From the NCBI GenBank assembly GCA_030704615.1, contig CM060731.1:20646001-20710000 (forward strand): a stretch of DNA of 64,000 nt, given 5' to 3'. The DNA is from Takakia lepidozioides. Lineage: Eukaryota; Plantae; Bryophyta. The position numbers and the translations under genes were made by a program. Below are positions 25,853 through 36,429 of the stretch, in pieces; positions within the stretch are counted from its first letter, which is position 1, and each line of letters starts with the position of its first letter. The notes under the pieces are model-generated. The model worked only from the letters and a program-made list of their open reading frames with translations. It was not told the origin of the DNA and did no database searches.

Positions 25853-28800
25853 TTACTCACACTCAAAATCGGAGTCCACGTCTAGATCCTCGTCAGGCGC
25901 TTCGGGCTCCTCCAAAAGTCCCTCTGTGGATGGGGCAGAAGTAGTGCCCGACTCAAGCTGTCGAAGCTTGCTTGAGAAGAGCTCCGTATCAGCTTCCATG
26001 CCAAAGAAGTGCCTTCCGGCGCTCTTGCAAGCATGAAAACATGCTCCTGCAAATCCAAGAAGAACGAGAAATAAAAACAGGGTTTCCCTAAGGTCACTGC
26101 CCATATGTCAAACACAATGTGAAGGGCCCCACCTGTGCCCATAGACAAGTCAACCACTCGTCCACCATGACGGCTGCATGTCTCCACCAAAGTCTGCATG
26201 AAAGCTGGAGATTTCTCCTGTGCACCTCTCCAAGGGACACCAATCGACCTTTTCATAGTTCGACCCGAGTCGACGTAATTGAAGATAACATCATCCTCCA
26301 CAGGCTCGCAGGTGGGGTCAATGTGAGCTGCAAGGTCCCTCAACTGAAACTCAGCAACACCAGGAGGAAGAGTGTCCTTCTGCCTCACCAGGCACAAAGC
26401 TTCAAACACCCGTGTCTATCAATAATCACGAAGAGAGCATGAGACAGAAGACATAACCCACCATTTTGATGTAACGAAAAACCACGAAACATCAATTGAA
26501 AGGAACCAACTCACTTTCTGCCCCGGGAACTTGCCCTTCGTAAGAGGCAGAGTATTGATGCATGTCCAAGTTTTGATGACACGAAACCCGGAAGCTTTCA
26601 TGTAGCTGAAAAGAGTTCTTCGAGCCGACATGTCCTTTGACTGCATGAGAAGAAGAGCCCCTGAGTCCGAAAGGAATGCTGAACGAGAAAGCCCACTGCC
26701 AGTAACGAGAATCCGATTTGTTCCAAGTCGGGGTCGAATTGGAAGGGAACACATCAGGGACAGGAAAACCGTCAGGAATGTCCAACACCACAAGGTCAGT
26801 CGCGTATGCCTGCTGAACTCCATTCACCCATTCCGGACTTTTTGTGACCTACAGCAAAAAACAAGAGACAGTGTAAGAAGCCCAATCCAAATCTAACAGG
26901 AGATCAATCCCCTGGACAAGCCACAACAAGTTGCCAAAACACAATTATTCATACAACAGTTTAGACATAAGTGCTTACCTGAGTGAGGAACGAAACAAGC
27001 ATGTCCCATGATTTCGAGGGCACCCCTTTGAATGTGGACTTCCTGGACTCCATCATTGCAAGAAAACTTTCATTCAGCACCTTACGATTGAACTGGCCCA
27101 AAACCCTGGAGGGATGTTCTCTCGCCTCGAAAACTTGCTCCCTCGGCTTTGATGTTCTCCTATCCCTCCTTGTGGGAGAAGGCTGTCTTCCAGGAACCTC
27201 TGACGGTCCCTGTCCTTGCGGAGTTGCACTTTTCCCCTTCCCCTTCGGATCCCCGACAATCTCCCCCTTTCGTTTTGGAGTAGCAGTTTTCTCGGGCTCT
27301 TTTGCAGCCAGAGCAGAAATGATTCTGTCCTGGATGTCTTTGTCAGCCAATGGGGCAATTGATGCATCATTGTCGTTCAGGTTTCTCAAAACAACTTCAT
27401 CGAATGGTGTGTCCTGTTTTGGCAGGTCGAGGTACCACCCACAGTCTCTGAAGTGCGCCCTGCTCCAGTCTTTGGCAATACTAGCCGTGTACATTGTCTT
27501 GTCATTGGAGGGGTCAGCCCACGAATAGATGAAGTCTGGGTCATCGCTAAGGTACTTTCCCGGTATGAGGATATGATACATATACCTGAATTACACACCA
27601 AAAACCCAGACAGTCATTCGATCTGAAAATGAAAAGAACACACATCCGGAAAAAGATATTGAAATGCAGGAAGGCAACACTCAGAAATGAACTTTTGCAA
27701 TCCCGAATCAACCTTGCGTTGACGCAATGTTGATTCAAGCAAAAATGGGAAACACCAAATGATAATGTTGTATTGATAGAGACAACGACTGACAAGCGCA
27801 ATTCAACATTGCTTCAAAGCAAGGTTGTTTTCATTCACAGAGGAAATGGAAAACACTGCTTGAAAACTACAATGTCACTATGTACTGGTGCGGATATTCA
27901 ACATTGCGTTGGCGCAATGTTGAAATCCTCTGTTGAAACACATGTCAATGGTATCTGATAATCATAAGTTTCCTACAATTGTATGGAAATCGAGAGATTG
28001 CTGCGGGACATTTCCAAAAATCCATACCGCCAAACAACGTTGCGTCAACGCAAGTCTGTTTGTTGGTACAGTGAAAGCTGTAAATAGCATTTCAAACAGA
28101 CTCCAAACAGTCTTATGTTCATCTTGGCAGCATTGGAACTGGATTTGAACTACCCAAAACCACAAGAAAAGCTACATAGCCTGCCACTTCATCAACCTTG
28201 CGTTGACGCAAGGCTGATTTTCCTATCAGTTTATCCCCTTTCACATGCAGAAAAACGGCATTATGGGATACCCTGGTATAGGTAACTGAAACCGGGACAA
28301 TGGGATACAACCTTGCGTTAATGCAATGTTGCTCGACTGCACATGCAGAGCCCTCAGAGATCCCTCAAAGCCCTGCAAATTCGCAATTCTTTATGGAAAG
28401 AACGACACAAGAATGCAGAAACATACCCTTCAAGTACCAAATTTGATTCAAGGAGATCACACCTGTACAACACTCGTTTCATTGCTTGCTCGCTGTTGTA
28501 CTGGTTTTTGAATTCGTACGACCTGGAGATTCCTTTGTCTTTCTCAAACTCCCTGAAGAAGCAGGTTTTCCAGACAGCGAGCTTCCATCTCCTGATGTAG
28601 GCCTCCAGTGTGATCTGGGGGCAAGCCATCTGGATTTTATAGTCTGCCATCGACTCAGCAAGTACAGCCACTGCACGTTTTTCCAACTGCAACAAGAAAG
28701 CTCATGAGAATTTGGGAGAGGTTACGGAGCAACACAAATGTCTGAAAATGGTTTGGTGGAAACCATACCTGGCTCCAGAATGTGGCTTTGTGTAGCCACT

Positions 28801-30167
28801 GGTCGAATGTGTGGTCGCTAACAACTTTTATTGCTTGTGTCTTCGGGTCCCTCTCTGGAGTTGGGAACATGTTCGTGTCTCTAACAAGAGGATCCGAATT
28901 CCATATCTCCAACCACCTGATTTTAGTTGCATTGTCCACCATTGAAATGGAAAGGCGATGTAGTTTCTCCTGAGTCATTTCTGGCTTGGACCCATACTTG
29001 TCATAGTGTGCTTTCACCTGCTCCAGAAATTCCGTGCCAAGACCTGGATCTGCTATCCGGATTTGTTTGTCGAATGCACTCATGAGGTTCTTCCTTTGAT
29101 TATTCATCTCGAACTTCATCATGTCCTCAAGCCCAGTTGCAGACCGCTGCTCTTCTGTGTGGGAATCATAGTACTCTGCTTTCGCCTTCAAACCAGTTTC
29201 TGCTATTTCTTGCTGCATACATTACAGGTAAAAAGAATCAAACACTGGCGTTTCTTCACAAAATTTGTAGTAATAACAAGCAAACACGTGTCAAGAAGCT
29301 TACAATGTACATGTAGTCAAGAAAAGCCTCCCTTGTCAAGCTATACCATGTGCTTGTCTTCTTCTCAGCACACCTCTTCATCTGCTGAGGACTGAGCACG
29401 TTCGTGAATGACTCCAGTGGCATCAGCCCTACCTTCTGGATGCGGAATAGAGTGTGGCACAGATTGGTCGTCACATGAGATGTTTCATTGGACCTGGAAT
29501 AACCTTCAACTCATAAGATGATTTCAAATTGTCGAAACGCGGAACAGACACAAAGTTGGAAACTTACTTGTTTATGTCGTGCATGGCTGTCAAGAGCTGT
29601 GTGACACGTCCTTTGTGATCGAGAACCATGGAAACCACGCTCCAGTGCCATTCGATCTCGTCCGAGTGCAAGCTTGATATGTAATCCATCCAGGCAAGCA
29701 GTCTGTGGTTCCCATCCCAGACAAAAAACATCTTTCCCATGAATGCTTTTGTGGAGGCCTTTTTGGACAGCTTAAACTCAAACTCCCTGTTTACATCCCG
29801 CCAGCATGCATCCCAACTTTGCTCAATGTCCTCTGTTACAAGACACTCCTCTCCTTTCGTGTTCATAGTGGATACGTAGAACACTGCTGATCCCTTGACA
29901 TAGCCGTGAACAAAGTCGTTCTTCAACTTCGTTATATCATTCCTCAATGTCGGTCGAACAACGGGCATGGAGATCATCCTGCACAGCGGAATGACCAGGT
30001 TTCCGCCGGGAACCTCCATCGACAGAATCACCTTCGACGAGTTCACTTTTTGCCCACCCATTATCTCCTCGGCCTTGTCTTCATAGTGTCCCTCCAATGA
30101 GTCTTCCTCACCTTCACCTTCTGACGCGGCCAAATCTTCCCCCTCGGATTTCCTTTTTCTTTTCCTC
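25853..30167 (-). CDS. Spliced ParB/Srx-like domain + beta-class N6-adenine/N4-cytosine DNA methyltransferase-like protein (transposon cargo; one frameshift; 5' exon uncertain)
   Basis: Approximate exons: 30167-29568, 29493-29303, 29212-28769, 28686-28427, 27585-26979, 26848-26515, 26415-26132, 26047-25853, with GT-AG boundaries. ParB-like IPLCRMISMPVVRP...FFVWDGNHRLLAW. MTase motif IV-like DLVVLDIPDG, then ..LSDSGALLL.., then motif X/I QEKSPAFMQTLVETCSRHGGRVVDLSMGTG-ACFHACKSAGRHFFGME. Frameshift near 26680. Confidence 0.75.
27705..28330. repeat. Six 22-bp palindromes (AACCTTGCGTYRACGCAAGGTT) in the large intron of the ParB-MTase gene
   Basis: Copies start at 27710, 27805, 27900, 28036, 28194 and 28309. 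A seventh is at 30216. Confidence 0.9.
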
Positions 30168-30778
30168 TGCACACAATGAATACTCTGTGAGTGACAGATT
30201 GAGCTCCGATGGATCAACCTTGCTTTGACGCAAGGTTGATTGATGGGGATGTAGTTTAGCATAAAGGAAAGACTTTTGAACCCAAAAAATGCTTTGCGTT
30301 GCAACGTTCAGTGCGCCACTGACTCGTTCCACATGCATGGCGAACACGTGTCCATATCATCGTTCTGTATATCGGCGGAGATCATTGGATCCTCATCCAT
30401 CCAAAATTCGTTGGGGTCTAATCACCTCTCATCTGAAAAAGTTCATTTTTGGGTAATATCTTCTGGGATGTTCCAGAGGAATGTGAAGAATGTACAGTTG
30501 TACAGCAGTGCAGGTGCCGTTAAAATTAAATGGAAATGGGCATCTCTTCTGGACTCTCTGACATGACAACCAAATGGCGGCTCTGTCAGTCAATCTTTCA
30601 ACTAATGAGCTGGTGGGGCACTTGTGAAAAAATAGTTGGATTCTAGGATTAGCAGATCTGCAAGCCGGAGCGATACTTGCAATTGTGTGTGAGGACGCCA
30701 AAAACTCCGCTCCCACACAACCTGCATTCAGAAGCACCATCGGACTGTGAACTCTACTTTCTGAAGCAACATCGACAT

Positions 30779-33700
30779 ATGGCCTCCCAGGCCATGGGCT
30801 CCCTTGACGCGGACTTCTTCAGTGAGGACCACCCTGTGCCATTTTCTTACGAGGTGGAAGATGATGGTTTTGCGGTGGTGCATGAACTCGTCCTCGCAAC
30901 GCAGTTTCGGTTGGAAAATGGAAGTCTATTCGTTCAGAGGGAAGTGTACGATGCCAATGGAAAACTGGTCAAGTACGCGTTCCAGAAACCTTCGCATACT
31001 GCACCAACCACACAATGGAGAGTGCCTCCAGGCAGATACAAGGTGCTTAGTGCTCCTCTGAGACAGTCTGCAGGATCGTTCGTAACTCCTGGCACGGCAG
31101 CATCAGTGGCCCAGGAGAAAACACCCGTGGTTGTCAAGAAGGAGACGAGTAGCGTTAACACTGTGGTTGAGCTTTCGGACTCATCCTCCGATGATACATG
31201 TGCAATACCGCCCGTGGATCAGCCATGTCCACATGTAGAAGCAGATGTGGAGGAGATCACCAGTGTCATTCCTAAACTGAAAGCCATGGGTGGGATGGCA
31301 TGATTCAAGAGTGAGTTGAGGGGGATAGACTGGAGCACTTTCAATATTCAGAGGGTGGCATTCTTGCCGTAATCTTTTGATGGTAATACTGTTTTCGAGC
31401 TGCCTCCTCCTAGTCGCGTGGGGGGCATTTCCAGTCTCCTGGAAGGAATGGACAAAAAGCACGATGGGCACCCTTGGTGCCGCACAAAAACCTCCAATAT
31501 TCACAACAACGACAAACTCATATTCAGGCGAACAGTCTGTAATGGGCACCTGAAATGCGAGAACATGAAATGCAGACACTTCGCATTGTCAGGTGTGCAA
31601 AACCAAAGAAAATGGGATGGTGTCAGTGAGAATCCATTCAAGCCTGGGGTGACACCACCATACAGTAACACTTTTGTGTGCAAGTTCTGTAGGGTACCAC
31701 CTTGCTGCCTTGCTTTGTGTGGCGCCAGATTGTATTATGTGGTGCATCGATTCAAAACCCTAACTAGAGCCTGTGTCCATTTTGGTTTTCACAACCACCC
31801 TGTGTCCAAGGGGGGTTATAGGGAGAGCGTTGACACAGTCTCGCGTCTGATAAGGCAAGAGTTGGATACCAATCCAACTGGAACCACATCTGCAATTGCC
31901 ATGGGGGCGAGCAAGTCCTTTCTGGAAAGCCGTATTCTGTGTGCATCAAATTCGGTTGGAGGAATACTGGAGGGACCAGCTTTGGACACTGTTATGGACC
32001 ATTTCTCAACTTTGACTTCTCCAAACATTAGGATCTTCCAACGCTTTAAGAATGGGCTCTGGGAGCCGAGGTTATATGGACAATATTATGGATTTGAAGA
32101 AAATGAGCATATACGACTACATCCAAGACAGCGTTTTCCCGGGACAAGGAGCCAGGAAAGTGTTCTTGTTCAAAATGTCCACAAAAGGTGAGGGCAGCGG
32201 GGTCAGCCTGGTTAAACGTATGCAGAAGGGTGGCGATCTTGGCAACTGCTTCCTTATGTTCGATCATGTCAAGAGGGTTAAAGACTGGACCACAATGGCA
32301 TGTCATGTTTACGACCCTGTGTACCAGCGGGTCATGACAATTGCAGTGTATGACATGCAGTCAGAGGACACAGATTCACAACAACTCATGTGGGAAGCTC
32401 TCGTTCGTGTTATGGCCTCCAATGGTCTCCCATCTCCCAATTTCGTTGGTTTCATGGCCGATAGTGCTCAAGCTAACTTCAACGCTGTCCGCATTGTGTT
32501 CGGGACGCGAGATCCAAAAGTGCCAATGCCTGGAAGAGAACGTACGTGTCTTTTCCATTGGACACAATCCCTGGACAAACACACAAAGACATACATCAAG
32601 CCAGATATGCAGACTATGCATCGTCAACTGTGCAAACAGTACAAAGACGCCAAAACTATGGGGGAAGCGAATACATTGTTCCAGACAATTCGTGCCTGGT
32701 GGTACTCATCTGGAGCGGCATCGGAGGACAACATGAGGACACTGCAAGACTGGTTCGCATTTTGGCACTTCCGTTACCAACAGTGGGGAGCGGCCATGAC
32801 AACGGTGAGTGGTTTGCATTCACCTTCGTTTGGGTGCTTCGGATATATGTTTCATGGTCCAATCCTTATATCGGTTTTGTGTTCTTTTGCCTTGCAGCAT
32901 ATGTCCATTGAGGAGATGGCGGACATGGCTTCTTGCAATCTTGCGGAGACAGTGCACAATGCCTGGTTGCAGCAATCCGGCAAAAAAGGAAGAGATTTGT
33001 ATGCGGCGACGGCCGATGACCTTATTCGTGCTCTGCAGCAGCAAACCAGATACAAGTCATTCTTGAGGGGTGGCCTTGGTGGCAAAGGCCCGGACAGGAG
33101 CGAGTTGATGTTGCGGGCAGCTGGAAGATCAGGGGATCCCAGCAAAATAGCGCGGGCCGTGAGCATATGTGCAGATGGCACCCCTCTCGTGGGAAGAGTT
33201 CCCCATCTGGAAGGCGAAGAGAGATTCGGGTCTTGCAAACGGAAATTGGACACCCCTCCGGGATCGGATGCAGATTCCCATAGGGCGGACAGGGTGAACT
33301 TCTCGACGCCACGTGTTCCCTTGGATCAGAGATGGAATTGCGGAACATCCACAGGTGAGGGCTACTCTGCCCCAAAGCGGACCCCTGCATCAAGCATTGT
33401 CACTGCAATGGTTGAAGACCAGAACGTGGTGCCACATATAATCGAGTCCATGGGCTTGGACGAGGTTTGGCATATAGAACGCCCAAGTGCTGGATCGCGT
33501 GTGAAATGCGCGGCGATCAGGGCTACCAATCATGAAAAATGTACATCATTAATATCCAGAGGGAAAGAACGCACTGCAGCTCCTACATTCACGGGTTTGT
33601 TTCTCCCTTATGGACAAGGCGAGGCAAAGAACCACAAGTTCTGGTTCTGCGCTGACGATTGTGGGAGATGTGTGCATGGGACAGTGAGGCCTTCCGTGGT

Positions 33701-34280
33701 AAGGAAGCCTACTCCACCAACCGTGTGGCCTGTGAAGATGGGCACAGGTCTCACTCACCGAGAGATCGTAATGTTAGAAGAGGCGGGTTTCTCCCTAGCC
33801 AGACATTCCATTGCACATGAAGGTGCTTCAAGTAGAAGCGGTTCACGGGTACCTCCGCCTGACGCTCACTTGTGGCCAACCAGAAGGAATGGGAAGCTGG
33901 TTCGACGATTCCCTCCAACCGCAGAACACTACGGCAAAATTGAGTCCGCCAGAATGCTTCACGCTCGTGTTGCAGGAACAATGGAAGTGCCTGAACCAGG
34001 GTATGGTCGGGTCTTCACCATGATCTCATCCGCATCTGCGCTGCAGGACAGGACGTACGACATCACTGTTTCCAATTTTCCCAATTGTACATGTCCTGAT
34101 TTTGTTGGTATGCTTTCAAGTAGTTTGGGAAAGAGAGGGAAGTTCATACCGTGCAAACACCTTTACTTCGTCTTCTTGAGAAGGATGGTTTGTGATCCAA
34201 AGCGCGACTTCTTCATTCACCAAGCCACTATGAGTTTCAACGAAGTCAACACACTTCTACAGCGGGATACAACCCCATAA
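30779..34280 (+). pseudogene. MULE-family transposase: GCM/WRKY-like Zn domain, DDE core, C-terminal SWIM finger (two stops, one frameshift)
   Basis: DGHPWCRTKTSN...CNGHLKCENMKC...CKFC...C...HNHP, then FLMFDHVKR, FMADSAQA, CLFHW (MULE CxxH), NLAETVHN and SWIM CTCPDF...CKHLYFV. Stops at ~31301 and ~31370, frameshift near 32030, probable in-frame intron 32805-32897. Confidence 0.8.
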
Positions 34281-34462
34281 AAATCTGTGTTTTCCTTGAC
34301 TACAACTTGTAATGGAATGACTGTTCAAGTCTAGTGTCTCTCAATGTATGTCGTCTAACATCTTTGCTATGCGTGGGTCAATGCATTTGTGGCATTGGTT
34401 TGTCATTCTCTTTTCATTAGCAAACACAAAAAACTACCTTCAGATAGACAGATGATCAAATC

Positions 34463-34694
34463 AACCTCGTGTCAACACGAGGTTTACTTGAAGTTCTCCA
34501 AATCCCCCTTGTGTCGACACAAGGTTGATTTTAGTTCTCAGAAAACAACATCGTGTCAACACGAAGTTCATTTTTGTTCCAGGAAAACAACCTCGTGTAA
34601 ACACGAGGTTTACTTGAAGTTCTCCGAATCCCCCTTGTGTCGACACAAGGTTCATTTCAGTTCTACGAAATGAAGCTCCTGTTAACAGAAGGTT
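34463..34694. repeat. Six 22-bp palindromes (AACCTYGTGTNNACACRAGGTT) at exact 42-bp spacing
   Basis: Copies start at 34463, 34505, 34547, 34589, 34631 and 34673. Spacers are 20 bp and related to each other. Confidence 0.92.
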
Positions 34695-34946
34695 GAACTC
34701 CAGGAAAGCCCAAAACCCTTCATCCGTTTCACCTTCATGTAGTGAAATCAGCAGTTGGGGGCTCCATGGTTATAGGCCCACCTTCTTTGTGGTGATGTGG
34801 CATGACCTGGACCAGGCTCACGCCACGTCAGCATCAACGCCATGTCAGTAGCGTGAGCGTAGGCTCATGCCACGTCATCGTTGTGTGAGCGTACGCTCAT
34901 ACGCTCACGCGTCGGGCTCACGCGGTAGCGTCGTTGATGGACGGGT

Positions 34947-36060
34947 ACAACAAGCCTGGGTAGAGGCCTTCGTACCATCAGGAGAAGAGGAGAGTGCGGT
35001 GATTGCACCAGGACCACCTCAGTTGTCACCATTGGACACCACACCTCTTGTGTGGCAGTGCCCGGATGAAGGCATATGCCTTCTGGACTTGTTTGGCGGG
35101 ATCGGCACTGGATTGGCTGCAGTACTGCAAGCAGGTGTACGAGTTCGACATTACCTGTATGTGGAGAGGGATGAGATTGCACGACGCGTCTCACTGCGCC
35201 ATGTTGCTCAGTTGGTATAGCAGTACCCTGATTTGGTGCCAGTGTCTGCAGTTCGTGGATACCAACAAGCCTTGCCAGTAGACATTTCGTTGCTAGGGGC
35301 GCAGGATTTGGAGCGGGTTGGCTCCATTGATCTGGTAGTGGCAGGTTGGCCCTGCCAAGGGCATTCATCAGCCGGGCATGGCAATGGATTGCGAGACTTG
35401 AAGACGGGTCTATTTTGGGAGATGGTGCGGATTTTGCGCCACTTGCAGCTTCATCAAGCTGTATCTCCAACATACATCTTGGAGAATGTGCCACTGATGG
35501 GTGATTCTCGGGCCAGGGTGATGGCCAGTGTGCATCAAGTCCGGTCGTGGCTTGGGTCAGCAGTGTTGCTGGATGCAGCTGCAGTGGGGTCATGGGCTCA
35601 TCGTCCACGGCTATGGTGGACTAACTTGATGCCACCCGCACTGCTCAAGCGTGCATTTGATGGGGTGCAGCGGCCAGCATACCTCACAGTGGATAGCATT
35701 TTGGACACAGGGAGGCAGTCTCAACGTGTGAGACACGATGACCGTTCACCTTTGGCAGTGGTCAACAGGGTGGGTCAACCACGAGCAGCATTACCTACAC
35801 TGCTCAGCTTCCCAGGATCCCATGCTTTTCGGGATGGTGGACCTGGCCTCTTGTGGGATAGCCAGTTGCAACAATTAGTAGAGCCCAATGCTGACGAGTG
35901 CGAGCGGGCGATGGGTTTTACCACAGGTACCACGGCGGTGCCATCTCTTTCTGAGGCATCACGTCATCAGGTGTTGGGGCAAGCAATGGATCTCAATTGC
36001 TTGACCTGGATTATCAGCTTGGCTATGGCTGAACAGCGCAGAGTACGGAGTACACTTCCC
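34947..36060 (+). pseudogene. C5-cytosine DNA methyltransferase domain (DNMT3-like) within the retrotransposon pol
   Basis: Motif I LLDLFGGIG, motif IV VAGWPCQG, motif VI YILENV, motif VIII SWAHRPRLWWTN, motifs IX/X ECERAMGF...VLGQAM. One TAG at 35218-35220. Confidence 0.92.
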
Positions 36061-36429
36061 TTCATGGTCTCCCTACCTACCGAGACGGTACAGGTAGCGA
36101 GTGGGGGCGAGCAGGTGAGGACCACGATCCATGGCACACGTGGGAGGTGCTCGAGGTTCAGAAGGAGTTGGCAGCCAAGGCGGCGGTGATGGATCAGCTT
36201 GGGGATTTTTCTCGGATTGAGGAGGTCCTCAAGGATGGGATGATGGGGCAGGATGAGACATTGTCACTGACAGAGGAGGTAGTGGTCACTGCTCAAGAGG
36301 TTGCAGCATAGCAACCACGGGACGCGTCTTCTACCTCTAAGCCTGCTGGACTCAAGGTTGCAGTCACGGAGGACAACTGAGAGCCTGATGTTGGACCTAT
36401 AGTCACCGGAGGAGAGAGATGACGTATAC

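Larger units (their letters stand above)
24985..34934. mobile_element. Mutator-like (MULE) DNA transposon, ~9.95 kb, two divergent genes
   Basis: Flanked by the direct repeat TGATGGACGGGT (24973-24984, 34935-34946). Removing the element restores the host pol frame DLQQAADGRVQQAWVEAF. Both ends have clustered TGAGC/GCTCA motifs and only a weak TIR. Confidence 0.88.

Noticed and set aside
25853-30304. Bacterial contamination as the source of the ParB-MTase
   Set aside because: The gene is split by spliceosomal GT-AG introns and lies within a TSD-bounded element nested in plant DNA.
34463-34694. CRISPR-like look of palindromic repeats with constant-length spacers
   Set aside because: Spacers are only 20 bp and are homologous to each other (1 and 4 nearly identical). 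No cas genes, and the context is a eukaryotic transposon.
34865-35608. 247-aa antisense ORF over the DNMT domain
   Set aside because: Shadow ORF of GC-rich coding sequence; no recognisable motifs.
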